Shown: positions 27,196 to 40,806, counted from the first letter of the whole stretch. The stretch is 63,595 bases of DNA, filler included, from Choristocarpus tenellus KU-1152 (GCA_964200185.2; 12 parts of 12 records of this genome joined end to end with filler, not necessarily neighbours in it); one strand, 5' to 3'. Notes: generated by a model not told the origin, from the letters alone. Made by a program: numbers and translations.

Positions 27196-28576
27196 ATGTT
27201 TTTAGCAGTATTTTCAGGACTCCAATATCAATATCCTTGAAGGTAGGGTGATTGAGCCTGAGCAATCCTTTTTTTTCTAGGACATTAGGCTTTGACCTAA
27301 ACCCAAAGGTAAGAATACTACCTTGATATGGAACGCATTGTTTGAGGTCTTGGTTTTAAAGTTTAATGCAAGGGCTGTTATGCAGTCTTGGACCTCAAGA
27401 CATTCAAGTATTGCAACAGGCAAACCAAGGTGACGGATGAATATTATTCCATCTTGCATGGGAGGGGAGCGACAAGTAAAGGAATACAATATCTTTCAAT
27501 AAAGGGAAAGGTCGTGTGTGCCAGAAGAATAAACAGCTTGTGTGTAACATGTAGGTCCCCCTGTACATATTGAACGGGTTTTCAGTGCACAGGTTTGCCC
27601 TGGTAGTGTTTAGAGATGGACAATATAATCTAGTCGCAAAAAACTCCTTGAACAAGGACAAACCTCTCGAGATATATAGTTAAGAGACTTTTGAGAGAGA
27701 ACTCGACGGCACCTAACAGAAGCAAAAGAAAAAAAAAATGTAATTCAACAGAGGAAAGGCAACTTACGTAAAGAATACCGGATAATAAAAGTAGAATACC
27801 ACAACTGCAACACATACAACAACAAAAAAAATACTAGTTATCCTACGGTAGTATACTAATCCTCGGTATACAGTCAGGCAAACGAAAACCTGAGCAAAAC
27901 AACTCCCACGAAAAGAATAAAATAAAAATCTCCCCGACCCCCCCACCCGCGCGCCCTTCAAAACAAACCCCAAGGGCCCTACCTATCCCCTCACATGGGA
28001 GATTCACAAATGGCATAACTTCAACACCCAAGCAACCAAAGTAGACAAAGAATGTGCTGGCACATTCTGAATTCAAAATCGCCACCGCATGCACTCGTCG
28101 CCCAAGAGTCAGAAAAATATGCATTCCAACGGTTGTGGATTGAGGTGTCATACAAAAAACGCCCTCCAATTCCAACAAGAACCAAACGTTGTAAGAATCA
28201 ATACCCTGCATGCTCACGTGGAGGTTCTGATGTCTGAACGCTAACTCACAACCGACATGCTAATAATTATCAGTCTAACATGCTAACATTTCCAAGTTGC
28301 TACCCCTACATGGACAGCCTAGCCTAACCCACCGTTCCAAACGCCTCCAGTTCGTACATTGCCTGTTCCCCCTCGCTCGCCCTTCCTCTTTTACGCCACA
28401 GCATAAAAGAAAAGAGATATGCATCTTTTAATGCTCCAGACGAAGTTAACGCCGGAAGCCTGTGAGATGCCCATTTAGAGAGGGACAAGAAGTTCCAACC
28501 TAGTTCTAGGCCATGATAAGTTCCAACCTAGTTCTAGACCATGATCGCTCTTGCTCAAGGTGCAGGTCTGCGGTCT

Positions 28577-28684
28577 TCATCTCCTGGTTGGGTTCCGCTC
28601 GCTGCTGTTCCTCTTCAACCAGTAGTTCTTGAGCATGTCCTCAATAAGCAGGCGGGCGTACGCGGTGCCCTTCCACCCTCCCCC
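28577..28684 (-). CDS. Possible terminal exon of an unidentified gene converging on PSF3
   Basis: Minus frame ...GWKGTAYARLLIEDMLKNYWLKRNSSERNPTRR* is GC-rich and coding-like, cut by the contig end. No family recognised. Confidence 0.3.
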   Translation of the reverse strand, partial: GGGWKGTAYARLLIEDMLKNYWLKRNSSERNPTRR

Positions 28685-28824
28685 NNNNNNNNNNNNNNNN
28701 NNNNNNNNNNNNNNNNNNNNNNNNNNNNTTAATTAATTAANNNNNNNNNNNNNNNNNNNNNNNNNNNNNNNNNNNNNNNNNNNNAAAAAATGAAGGTGGA
28801 GAGGTGGGGGGGGGGGGGGGGGGT

Positions 28825-28858
<34 letters not shown>

Positions 28859-31111
28859 AATGTTCTTCAAGCTTATCTTGAGTTTTCATGTGCTGAGAGT
28901 AATAGTTAGGAAATCACCTGGACAATGCATATCAAGAGAGAACCACAAAGATGGTCAAAGGTGAGCGTGAGATTTAGGGACATGTCTCCCTATTTCAACA
29001 TATATCTACAATCACCACCAACTGTCTGTTCTTGGAACATGTTTGTAGGGCACTGAGGGAACCAATTGATGTCACAGGTTGTTGGGGACAAGTTGTTAAG
29101 AAAACCTACGAACTATGTGATGTTTTCAGCCATACTGTGGGTGTCGCAATCACTCCAAAGCGTTGAAATAGAGGAAGAGAGACAAACGACCGACAATTAC
29201 CTTGAGTCCGATCACGTTTGGGTGTTGGCCCGCCTCGCGATGTGTCTCAATCTCTTCCCGAAACTGTGTCTCCGAGGCCATGCCCCGTGGCACCACTTTC
29301 ACGGCCACAACCTCGCCGGACGCCTTGTGGACCGCTGTTGAAACTTTGCCGAAGTGACCCTGACCAAGAGGTTTGCCATCCTGGAAGATGTATGCCTGCG
29401 AGGTTTAGCATCACAACGGAGAGCAATATCGATGCCATCTCGAGCGCTCGAGGTTCACTCCGGGCAAGGTAAGCTAAGCCCCCAAACGCCACATACCCCA
29501 CCCAGTGCCCAATTTTCCTGTCTTGTCAATATTTCTCCTCACCTCATTCAAGCTCCTGATGCGGCAACCGCCAAGGACGCCGTGGAAATCGTCCACGACA
29601 GGCTCGCCCTCGGCTAGGGTTATCAAACAAACCGGAGTGGCCACCAAGCTCAACAGACCAGCTATTGATCTCGTGGTGGTCCTCCCAGGTTCCCTACGTG
29701 CTGACGCTTTGTAAGAACGAAGGTAGCCATTGCAACCAGTCAACCGAGAACGAGCACGAGAAAATGAAATGACCTTTTCCCCGACTTTAAGACCCAGGAG
29801 CACGGCTCGAGACATTGTTCTCAGGCTGAACAATTGTTGCGAGTGTCTCCCTTCTGTTAGGTGACTGGACCCAATACCTCAACAATATACTCTAAATAAG
29901 TCCAAGTACAATGTAAGCGAAAACCTTTCCTTAGGTGTGGTGGGTCACATCAGAGGTCATTTCAGCAAAAGAAAGTAATTCCATCCGGTGTCAGGAAGGT
30001 TCAGAATGACACAGACCTAGATCACACACTACCTTTCGTACGTTTGGTCAATTCAAGGGAGACCACCAGTTAAAACGTAGCCGTTGCTTAGAAAATTTAT
30101 TGAATAGGTGGTGGGAACGGGGAGATCGCCAGTTGTACCACGTATATATATCACAATTCTTAAACACAATAGCCATATACTTTGAAAAAGAAAAATTAAT
30201 TTCGAAGATTCGAAATATATAAAATATTTTAGGTAACTACTATATGTTGAATAATAGAGTTCAAGTTGTACCAACATATGATACAATCACAAACAAACAC
30301 ATTCGTCATTCAACCAAAATATCTATATCTATATCGGATATTGAACATTGCAAAGAAGAGTTCAACTTACCAACGTTCAATTCAAACATGCGTTCGTCAT
30401 TGAAGACATCATGATGGATATGTTGTATGTACATGGAAATACAACATACAAGTACAAGTTGTACGTCAAACTGTTGAACTTATACGTTATTGTTGTTGCG
30501 ACACCAACAAATAATCCAGAAGATAGAGAAGATTGGTCAGTAAGAGGTACGATGCGATTGCTTTCATCTTTAGCCCAGGTTTGTGCACACGTTTCACCTT
30601 CTTCTGCCTCTCACTGACTGTGACCTCGCCAGGCTCTCTGTTTCAACCTCGTTTCCATCTTTAGCCTCATCTTCCTCCTCACCATACACATGCTGGAGGG
30701 CACGTTTGGCAGATGGATCCTCGCACTCTTGAACCCGAGCCCACAGCTTTCAGGCAGATCCGAAGCCATGAATGCGTAGTGGATTGAGAGTTGTGGGTGG
30801 TGACTTCTAGTGACACATTCTGTTGACTGGAGTAGGCTGTGGTGGTGATGGGAACTTCAGCTTGTGTATTGAAGTAAAAAAAAATATAACGGAATGAACT
30901 TTTTCAGTTCAGTTATTCGATTTTTTCGATTAATCGAACGACTATCAAAATGAATAAATTCTAGGTTTCCTCTTGTGTTGTCCATAAGTGTGAATTTTAT
31001 CGAACTCATTGATTTCAGTTCATGGAGATGGTATTTATTTATAGAAATAATTTCACATGTCATGTCCACTCTTCGCTCTTCTCCGTTATTTGATCGTCCG
31101 TGGATATATAT

Positions 31112-32230
31112 CCTTAGGGAGGGAGGCGACCAGGGAGGCAAAATGTAAATACAAGACATGCACGTAACTGCCCTAGGGCAGGAGGACAGGATCCCCAACA
31201 GATACCAATGGTGAAGCATCTAGGTCAACTCTGCAAAGGAATGTGCATCCCTTGTACTATGGAGGGCTGTAGCCCATTCACAGTGGACAGGAATTTCCGC
31301 ATGGATCTAGTCTTCCATGCTGGGGCACTTGTGGACACTGGATCAGCTCCCTACCGGGAAAAATGCCTCCTTCTAGATGTTACATTTGCAGAAGTGCAAG
31401 CAGCATCCCACCTACCCCATTCATCCACCAGCAATGGTGTAGCTGCTGAGGCACGAAAGCGCACCCACTACAAGGGTTCTTTTGACCCTTGTAGTTACAA
31501 CCTCAACACCTTCGCGGTGGAACGTTTTGGGTGCCTCGGCAAGAAAGCGGAAAGTTTTCTGGATGAATTGGCCACGTATGTGGTAGGAGGGAGAGTGACC
31601 AGAGGCTGCAGCAGGAAAGGGGTTGTCAAATCTCGTCTACGACAGATAGTGTCTGTCACAACACAAGCTCCATCTAGACATGTCATACGTTTTAGAGCCA
31701 AAGTATCTTAGAGGGTAGGGCCGCGTCCATTTGAGGTCCAAAATCCAATGTTGCGATTTTGATGTAATTTTGGCTATCGTCTTTGTTAGGAAGTGTCGAT
31801 ATCCTTGTTCCGGACACACCTTTTCGTAACGTATACATTTTACCTACTCCGAACCATTTTGGAGCAGGAAAATGTCATAAAAAAAAACATGGGAAGGGAA
31901 GCCCCAAACGGACAAACAGGGAAAAACTCGTACCCTAAAAGATACTTATACTCTTTAAGCTGGAGACACTGGGGAGATGGGCAAGGAGGGGCTTGTTAGA
32001 TTCTTGTGATGCTTCCCTAGCTCCTCACCCTGGGGTGCAGGACTGAGCTAGGTTGGAGGCACAGGAGGCCAGCAGTGTAGCATAGCTGGTAGGTAAATAG
32101 ATAGGAAAAAGTCTTCAACACTTACGACAACTGTTACTTTTTTAGGGGTTCTGATATTTGAACGGTTTTTCTTTGTTTATTTTATGTCACATCTCTAAAA
32201 TGTCAGATGGAATAATATTATATATATATA
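31112..32230 (+). mobile_element. 5'-truncated CRE-like non-LTR retrotransposon copy 1 (zinc-knuckle end + restriction-like endonuclease + 3' UTR + (TA)n), interrupted by a MITE
   Basis: TRHARNCPRAG (H..C end of knuckle), then RMDLVF...LLLDVTFAE...AEARKRTHY...FAVERFGCLGKKAESFLDELA, the RLE PD-(D/E)xK signature of CRE-type elements. Confidence 0.8.
31695..31953 (+). mobile_element. MITE family M1 full copy with 4-bp TSD TTTA
   Basis: TIRs GAGCCAAAGTATCTTAGAGGGTA / TACCCTAAAAGATACTTATACTC. The empty site is visible in the paralogous CRE copy 2 (cgttttaaactgg at ~32565), which fixes the duplication as TTTA. Confidence 0.9.
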
Positions 32231-32863
32231 CCTTCTCCTCGATGTTACGTTCGCGGAAGTACAGGCAAACTCCCGCCTCCCACATTCATCCACCAGCAAT
32301 GGTGTAGCTGCTGCTGCAGCTGAGGCGTGAAATCGCACACACTATGAGGGCTCTTTTGACCGTCGTAGTTATAACCTCAACACCTTCGCGGTGGAAAGTT
32401 TTGGGCGCCTTGTCAAGCAAGCGAAAAGTTTCCTGGATGAGCTAGCTACACACACGGTAGGGGGGAGAGGAATGGGAGGCTACACCAGAAAAGGTGCCGT
32501 CACATCCCACCTACGCCAAATAGTCTCAGTCACAACGCAAGTAGCCCTATCTAGACAGTTCATGCGTTTTAAACTGGAGTCACCAGGGAGATGGGCAAGG
32601 AGGGGTTTATTATATTCGTGGGATGCTTCCCTAGCTCCTCACCCTGGGGTGCAGGAATGGGTTTGGGACATAGAAAGGCAGTAGTACAAAATGGATATGT
32701 GGTGGTAAGATAGGAAATAGATAACGTTTTTCACTTTTGTGACAACAACTCTTGCTTCTTTAGGGATTTTTCAGATATGTTAATAGTTTTCATTAGTTTT
32801 TCTCCCGGCACATCTGTAAAATGTCAGACGACATAATAAACATATATATATATATATATATAT
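32231..32863 (+). mobile_element. 5'-truncated CRE-like non-LTR retrotransposon copy 2, ending in AATAAA + (TA)n
   Basis: Homologous to copy 1 (LLDVTFAEVQ...AVESFGRLVKQAKSFLDELA...LRQIVSVTTQVALSR), with the same 3' UTR. Starts immediately after the (TA)n tract of copy 1. Confidence 0.8.
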
Positions 32864-33872
32864 GGCACATAATACTTTCTCCACTTTGCAGTTATCTATA
32901 TTAGTTACATTTACTCCTAAGGCTACATAGTGCAGTGCCTTTATCACTAGTGTACACTTGCCCCTATTTGCATGTCCCCAGTTCCTGCAGTTGGCCCCCT
33001 CTCCCCACGTGGCTCCAAGGCTTGAGCCCATTTTTAGTCAAGCTAACTTCTTATTGATTAGGGCTATATTCAACAGCCCTCAAGCTTATCCAGTCAGTCT
33101 GAGGATGTCATCAAAGTGGTTTGACATCATAGGAGTATTAAAATAATATGAACTTGTGAAGTAATTTTTTCACCGTGTTAGTCTATCAGGCAGGAGCATC
33201 TGTTAAAGGTATTCAGCGATGAATATAATTGAGGAATTCAATACTCTCCAGTGATTCAGGTGCATAGTGCGATTGACTCTTATTTTTCTTCGCGACACTG
33301 AAAATTACTACGTCAATTATAGTCAAATCTCCATTGCACAAACTTGACGGAAATCCAACTTATCACCTGCCCAGTTAATCTGCAGGTCATGATGTGGATG
33401 AGGACAGTCTCGAAGGATGGTTACGTGCAAGTTTTATACCTTAGTGAGCTACTTCTCTAAACTTATGGCACTAGTTTGCCTGTCTGGAATGCGGGGCGAC
33501 CCAAAGTATCTGTGGGGGGGGGGGTGTCTACACCAGNNNNNNNNNNNNNNNNNNNNNNNNNNNNNNNNNNNNNNNNNNNNTTAATTAATTAANNNNNNNN
33601 NNNNNNNNNNNNNNNNNNNNNNNNNNNNNNNNNNNNTGTACTGCTGTGTGGTCATGACTCAGAAAGAAAGGCACTTTTCGCGAGAAATTTTACGTGCGCG
33701 CCAAACTCGCGTGAATATCTCCCCGATTTTGTGCCAAATCGCCCGAATACGAGAATTCCGTTACAAAAGTCTATTTTTTTTAGCATGTCGAAAAAAGCGG
33801 TACGAAATTGCATATTTTTTGGATTTGGTTCATAATATTTGGCCTAAAATCGGGGTAGGTACTGTACCTACT

Positions 33873-33924
33873 CTATTATTATTGTATTGTTATGTTATTG
33901 TTATTATTGTTGTTATTATTGTTC

Positions 33925-33955
<31 letters not shown>

Positions 33956-34018
33956 GTTATTATTATCATTATTATTATGTTATTATTATCATTATTATTA
34001 TCATTATTATTATTATTA

Positions 34019-34055
<37 letters not shown>
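33873..34055. repeat. Long imperfect (ATT)n microsatellite
   Basis: ~180 bp of att/gtt/atc triplets. Confidence 0.95.
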
Positions 34056-34056
<1 letters not shown>

Positions 34057-34682
34057 TTCATGCTTGACCATCTTGTCTTGAGAGTTTGTTCCATCAGTTT
34101 CATCTCCATTATGATGATCGTCAACGCTTGAGGTTGTTAAGAGACGACGTTTCACAACTTGAGGAGAATATGAAGATGGAGTCCCCTCTCGGACCTGTGC
34201 ACAATGTGTGGAATGATAGTGTGGGGATTGTGGGATCTTCGCTCAGATCTCGACATCAGGAAAGGGAGACAGACTACAAAGTCTCAGCAAACGTGTTGAA
34301 GACCCTTCAGGCGGTACCAATCATTTAGGCTGCTCTGTCCGTGAAGGAAGGCCTGAAAGGCATGAAGAAGGAGAAGTGACCCATACAATCAACAAAGGCG
34401 TACTAATATTTGTTGACCAGGGGATGGCTCCAAACAATGACAGATTTTTTTTTTTTAAGTGGACTCTGCATTGATAGTAGACTTCCTTCTACAAATGACT
34501 GTAGGTGGTGAGTTCATATCTTTACGACCTTACCTCATTCCTCAACGTAACTTACTTGGGAGGTATGGGATTGCGACAGCATGCATCGCAAGTTCAGACT
34601 ACTAGACGTGTACAACTAAATTTCTGACCACTGTTCACTATATCAACGCCCTTCCTGACATGGCCTGCAACGATAGCAGTGG

Positions 34683-34895
34683 GAGAGAAAGTTTCTTAAA
34701 GGGTTGAGTCGTGTCCATTTTGGGGCCAATCCAAAGTTGTGATATTGATGCAATTTTGGCTATCATGTTTGTTAGGAAGTTTCAATGTTCCGGACACACC
34801 TTTACATAAGGTAAAATTTCATTAAAACCGGTGGGAAGCTAGGTCACAAACGGACAAACAGAGTAAAACTCGTACCCTCCAAGATACTTTCACTT
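34683..34895 (+). mobile_element. MITE family M1 copy with internal deletion
   Basis: Degenerate left TIR gagagaaagtttcttaaagggt, M1 internal sequence, right TIR taccctccaagatactttcact. Confidence 0.8.
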
Positions 34896-34899
34896 TGAA

Positions 34900-36138
34900 G
34901 AAAAGGGTGCAAATTCAACCTGTTTGCCAACCAGGTCAGCTCTGTCTGGATCACCTATGAAATGATTCAAAGGGAGATCGCCAATGTGCACGTTACCATA
35001 CACAGCAAGAAAGTGTCGGCTATCTCCTCCTCTTCTTTTGTTGCCGAAGAATTGTTATGTAGGATCATGTGGCAGCATAAGGCTTGCTCTTAAATTGAGC
35101 AGTGCCAGCTCCCCCATGGCATGTCGCGCGCAAATAATTGAACCGGAAGGAGGGAGGTCGGAATTTGGACAATTCGTCGATGACTTGCTGCAGAAGCTCT
35201 GCGAGGAGTTATGGAGAGAGAAGCAGAAGAGAGGGAAGAAAAATTTGATCTACGTCAGATTCTGCCAGTGACTGGTGGGGGGGTAGATTGAGCTTTTTCG
35301 TGCGGTGTTGTGCTTTACTTGAGGTGCTGCAGTTGACAAAGTATCTGTTTGTGTCTTACGATCATTGTTCGCTGACTCCTTCCCCCCCACACCTGCCTTA
35401 ATGTTCCCCGAAAGGTGTTCAAGGGGAAGGAGAGTCTCAAGGCCGAGGAAGTGGAGAAGGCAGCAGCAACTGCTGTTGATCAGCGTATGCCCACATCAGA
35501 TGGTTATAATGTTACATATGGGATGAAGATGCCCAGTGACTGGGTGCCTGTGCAATTGATTGCCTTGCTCCTCTATGGGTGCATGAGCAATGATCCTACC
35601 CCAGACTTCAACATTCTGGTAGCCTGTGGCACACCTCTTAGGAATGGAAAGGAGAGGAAGAATGTAGGCTCGGACACAGATCGCGTTGACAAGGATTGTA
35701 ACGCATACTCTCTCGTCAGCAGGAGAGACACAGTGTGCAGACTCAATCCCAGGGCCAAAGGTAAGCCTAAGCCGGAAAAAGCTGGGAGCTGAAGATGCTG
35801 AGCTGAAACGTCGAATCTGTAGATGGATTAGTGCTAATAGTGCCAGTGACGATGTGAAGTCTGCTGTTGGAAAATGGATAACGTCATCCCATCAGGAGAT
35901 TGTTCTTGTCAGACAGGAGTTGGAGACACTCCGACAAACGAAGGCATGCTACAGTAGGATCAGGGATTGCATGGAAGAGATTCAGCTGCTCGTTGGGTTA
36001 GGTTGTAGGGATGAAGCTCAGGAGAAGAAGCAGACACTGCTGAAGTTGTTTAGAAGTCCTCTGTTTGAGCAGCTCCCACCGATCACTGCTGTTGAACTAT
36101 CCCACACTGGACCCGCGACTTTTATGGTGCTTTGGTGA
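34900..36138 (+). pseudogene. Degenerate spliced coding region, possibly a DNA-transposon accessory ORF
   Basis: Same-strand ORFs 34984-35271, 35415-35792 and 35686-36138 are linked by a frameshift, with a charged helical C-terminus. No catalytic motif recognised. Confidence 0.3.
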
Positions 36139-37029
36139 AGGACAAAGAACAGCTTAATGTAGATGAGTAAGGTTCATATTACAGGGGTCTTGTGGTCTCG
36201 ATTCCGTTGACTGAATATGTCAGTGAGACGAGCCTATACAACCATTACTATTCTACAGTGTGGGGTTTGTAATCGTCCACATATATTTACTATGAATAAC
36301 TTATTTTCTTGTCTTAAGTATGGAACGTTTATCTTGAATATGATATAAATACAATCAACAATATGAGTCAGTACATATAATATATTTGTCACTGGCTCTC
36401 CATCCTATTATCTAATACCACCGGTGGTGTCTATGTGTATCAGCAGCACTATCTACGAACAACTGCAGCCAGTGCACAGTCTGTTCAATCTGATCAGCCC
36501 CCCACTGTCAATGCAGTGACAGGACATACTTTAGAGTTGTTGCAAGACCACTCCACACACTCTAGAATATCCCGAGAAGGCATTGAGGATTGCTCTGTAG
36601 GCAGTGGGTGTGACTCTACAATGTCTGATGGGTGGGATGCAGAAATGGAGAAGGGGGCGGGTTAGCCATTAGTGTGGTGCACCACTACAACAATTCAAAA
36701 TATTGAATGCACAGGCTTATAACTCGGTTGAGTTGAAATGGGATTCCTCCTGTAAGCCCAATCTCCTTCAAACATGGTGACAGCACTTTAAGGCATGCCA
36801 TGGCATCCTACTCAGTCATCATAAGTCAAGCTGTTTCCCACTTAGAGCGCTTCTTGACACTCAAGGAGGCGTTTTTGGACACTTGATTGCGTCAAAGTAT
36901 CTTAGAGGGTAGGGCCGCGTCCATTCGGGNNNNNNNNNNNNNNNNNNNNNNNNNNNNNNNNNNNNNNNNNNNNTTAATTAATTAANNNNNNNNNNNNNNN
37001 NNNNNNNNNNNNNNNNNNNNNNNNNNNNN

Positions 37030-37357
37030 ATGTAATTTTGGCTATCGTGTTTGTTAGGAAGTGTCAATATCCTTGTTCTGGACACAACTTTTCATAACGT
37101 ATACATTTTACCTACTCCGAAATATTTTGGAGTAGGAAAATGTCATGAAAAAAACATGGGAAGCCAAGCCCCAAACGGCCAAACAGGGCAAATCTCGTAC
37201 CCTCCAAGATAATTTTACTCACATTATAAAAAGGTGTCCGAAACGTAGATATTGACACTTCCTAAACAAACGCGATGCCCAAAATTTCATCAAAAACGCA
37301 ACTTTTGATTTTGAACCCCAAATGGACGCGGCTCTACCCTCTAAGATACATTGGCTC
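37030..37357. mobile_element. Two adjacent partial M1 MITE copies in opposite orientation (37030-37220 +, 37226-37357 -)
   Basis: Both match M1 internal sequence and each retains one TIR. Confidence 0.85.
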
Positions 37358-37830
37358 AATTGTGATTACCAACAGCAAGCTTTCATTCCACGTGATCGGC
37401 CTACATGTGGTAATTTGTCTAGTGTTTCACCAACAACACCCAGACGCCCTGAACTTGCGCATGGGCACAGATCTCGAGGACAACATAAATGCACCTCGAC
37501 TTTGAAATTCTTTGTTAGTTGCCTTGTTTATGTACTTCTGTAATCCGTGTTGGGCATGCATCACTCTACTGTCCCCCACACAACCTAAATTGATTTATGC
37601 GACCACCTCCCACAAAATAAACACCGATTCGACACGTTCCCAAGTACATGTGCCCTCGCATGATACCGTACAAACCATTGCAGGCTGACTCGTTGTAGTA
37701 CGTGGTATGAGGTATTTCAGGCTTGTCGTCATAATTTTTTTGAGGACCATACCATCGAAACCAGCGTCAAAATCTTTGAAACCTCTGTATACAAATCGAA
37801 TTTTTTACATGAACCTTCATTTTTGTCCAG

Positions 37831-38088
37831 GAGTGAAAGTATCTTAGAGGGTACGAGTTTTCCCTGTTTGTCCATTTGGGGCTTGGCTTCCCATGCAGTA
37901 CTTGTATGACGTCTTCCTACTCAAAGATGTTTCGGAGTTGGTAAATGTGTACGTCATGAAAAGGTGCGTCCGTAACAAGGATATTGACACTTCCTAACAA
38001 ACAGAATAGTCAAAACTATATCAAAATCGCAACATTGGATTTTGTCCCCTAAATGGACGTGACTCTACCCTCTAAGATACTTTGGCTC
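37831..38088 (-). mobile_element. MITE family M1 full copy
   Basis: GAGTGAAAGTATCTTAGAGGGTA ... TACCCTCTAAGATACTTTGGCTC, flanked by CAG/CAG (only a 3-bp match here). Confidence 0.9.
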
Positions 38089-39309
38089 CAGCAGTATTGC
38101 CACTGTCGACAAGGGGTGTTGTACTCAAGTCTATACCACACGAGGGTTTCACCCTTGGCAACCATAATGGTCATACAATTGAAGCGGGCCCACCTTACCA
38201 AAATAATTTTCCGAAATTCCTTCCCGGAAATCAAGAGCTTAGATGAAGAGCTTTCATTCAATATTCTGATCGTCGATTAAATCGTTGGGCAACCTTTTGA
38301 AAAAAATCAAGACCAGGCTGATCCTAGAGGTGACTGCCAACACTATAGGACACCATGTGACGGTGGCTTTACATAAACAGGGCAATTAATTACCTGAAAT
38401 AAACCTTAAGCAGTATTGAACACTATAGTCGTGCATCCCCCCCCCGTCCCTGCACACACCTCGGTCGTGAACATAATTACATCACAGCACACAATTCCCT
38501 GCATTTAGTACTCCATCCAAACTGCTTCCAAACACGATTCAATAGCGGTTAGACCATCATCACCACCCTACTCTCTATTTTTCTGGCATTGGAACTGTTT
38601 CCAAACCGTCAGTCTACAGTGGTCCCGCCGTCATCTCCCTTGCAACCCCAAACCCAATGCTAATCCTAAAAGTAGTCAGGCATCAAACTCCTGAAAACAA
38701 TTGAGGTGGTTCACACCTTCTCATCCCTTTGCATCCTCTTTTTCAGACCACATTACCAACCCTTACCATACATGGTACACCATGCAAAGGTTTCATCCGA
38801 CCCTTAACCTCCTATAACGGCCACTAATGTAACTCCATCTGTCCATCTTCGCGTTCGGTAATCAACCACCCCACAGTACGAAATACACACCTTACACAAA
38901 TAGCCAACCCAATTGCGTGAAAACAGGTATTTGATCATAGTAACGACATGTAAGTTAGTATTGTAATGTAAAAGCTGTCGCCACTGTCTACGCGATTATA
39001 CGCGACAAACGGAATAAAGAACCAAACATGCAATAACATCCAACTATGTCGACACTAGAAAAATTATGTTCGTAAATCGAAGAATGATTAAGAACCCCCT
39101 ATGCACGTATGCACATATGAATAGAATCCAGATATATAAGTATATGAAATGCCTCTAGCAATGATAATATCGGAAGCTACCGATATTATCGAGGCGAAGT
39201 CGATAGCGTTAATGACGCATCATACCCCCTAACCCTCACAACCCTTTAAGTTGTGAGTACGAAGTGCGCGCATCCACTGTTAATACCGCGCTCGGCATTC
39301 TTTTCCAAT

Positions 39310-39575
39310 GTCTATCTTCTGCCATCGGGCGAAAGAAATCAAGTTGGGTAATTCATGTTTTCCCCATGCATTCAAACTTGCTATCTTCTGCCATCCAACA
39401 GAAGATATCAAATTTGGTTATGAACGTTTTCCACATGCCTTGAAACAAAAGATACCGAGTTGTGTCATTGATGTTTTCCACATGCGTTTGAAATTGTTAC
39501 CTATTGCCTTGAAAGAAAAGATATCAAGTTGGGTTATTCATATTTGTCCATGCGTTTAAAATTGCTACCTTTTGC
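39310..39575. repeat. Degenerate ~69-bp tandem repeat, ~4 copies
   Basis: ctatcttctgccatc recurs about 69 bp apart; atcaagttgggt.attcat.ttt...catgc motif recurs four times. Confidence 0.7.
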
Positions 39576-40529
39576 AGTTCCACAAATGTTGACAACTCGT
39601 AGTATCGACAAGAAAAAAATTACCCTCTCCATTTAACACGAAGATCTTGTTTGAACGACATCGGTTGGACAATATTCACATGTGCAAACAGACATTGCAG
39701 ATGATATCAACCTTGAAACCACAAATCACATATGCTGCCCCTACTATTGTTGCGACACTCCCCCCCTTGTCCCCACTGACAATACCCTTGCCTCCATCAT
39801 TAATCACATGTATCCGCTTCTGCATGCGTCTCGTTTGTGTCCCAAGAGTTTAATGCGAACCTCCTCGACAAGGGGAGGGTCGAGAGTATGCTCAGTAAAC
39901 TGGGCATAGACACAGAAGACGTGGCCGAGAAGCTCGCCGCCATCTTGAGTGGACATCCCTTCTCTTTGTGCTCACGTTGGAAGACTCTCAAGGACTTCAA
40001 GGCCTCAGTGCATTCATCACGGGTTCCACTTTAGAGGGTAGAGCCGCGTCCAATTGGGGGTCAAAATTCANNNNNNNNNNNNNNNNNNNNNNNNNNNNNN
40101 NNNNNNNNNNNNNNTTAATTAATTAANNNNNNNNNNNNNNNNNNNNNNNNNNNNNNNNNNNNNNNNNNNNTTGGATTTTTTAATTGAATAAATTTAGTGC
40201 ACTTTTCCTGGTAAGGGAATGAATGGAAACCCTTGTGTAGTCCCCCCCCCCCCGGATACTTTGAGCCAATAACATATTTTTTCCCTTTCCTGCGACCCAT
40301 AAAATAACAACCCTGCGTGCCTCTCAGCTGGTTTGACTCATCTAAGAATTACGATTCAACACATACAATTGGACTATTCGACACGCCCACTGTTGGGATG
40401 CTCATCCCTGCCACAACGACCTGAACAATCCCATCCCATGAAAGCGAGGTGTCCGAGCCATGAAGAAAATAGTAGAGGACATCCGGGTCTAGGTTTTGGA
40501 GTACCTCATATGACCAAGACCACTGCTCA

Positions 40530-40806
40530 GACCCATAGTATCTTAGAGGGGTAGTAAGGCATCCATTCGGGGCCTGTTGAACTAGTAGTGATTTTCTTGT
40601 TTTCTGAATGGATGTCTCAAATTTAGAGGCAATACCCTTCATCTGAACGCACCTTCCTTGTTCATCAACCTGGCTGAACCAAATCTGAAGGAAACTACCA
40701 CCCTCAAAAACGGGCATCAAACTGGGGTATCTTACAACACCCCATCAAGCTCCGAATAGACAACATACCCTAAACACCCCACCCCTAAGATAAGATACTC
40801 TGGGTC
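40530..40806. mobile_element. MITE with M1-type TIRs but different internal sequence (family M3)
   Basis: GACCCATAGTATCTTAGAGGGG ... CCCCTAAGATA(AGATA)CTCTGGGTC, flanks CTCA/CCCA. Confidence 0.6.

Noticed and set aside
33648-34155. Poly-Ile/Leu/Tyr/Asn ORFs
   Set aside because: Translations of an (ATT)n microsatellite.
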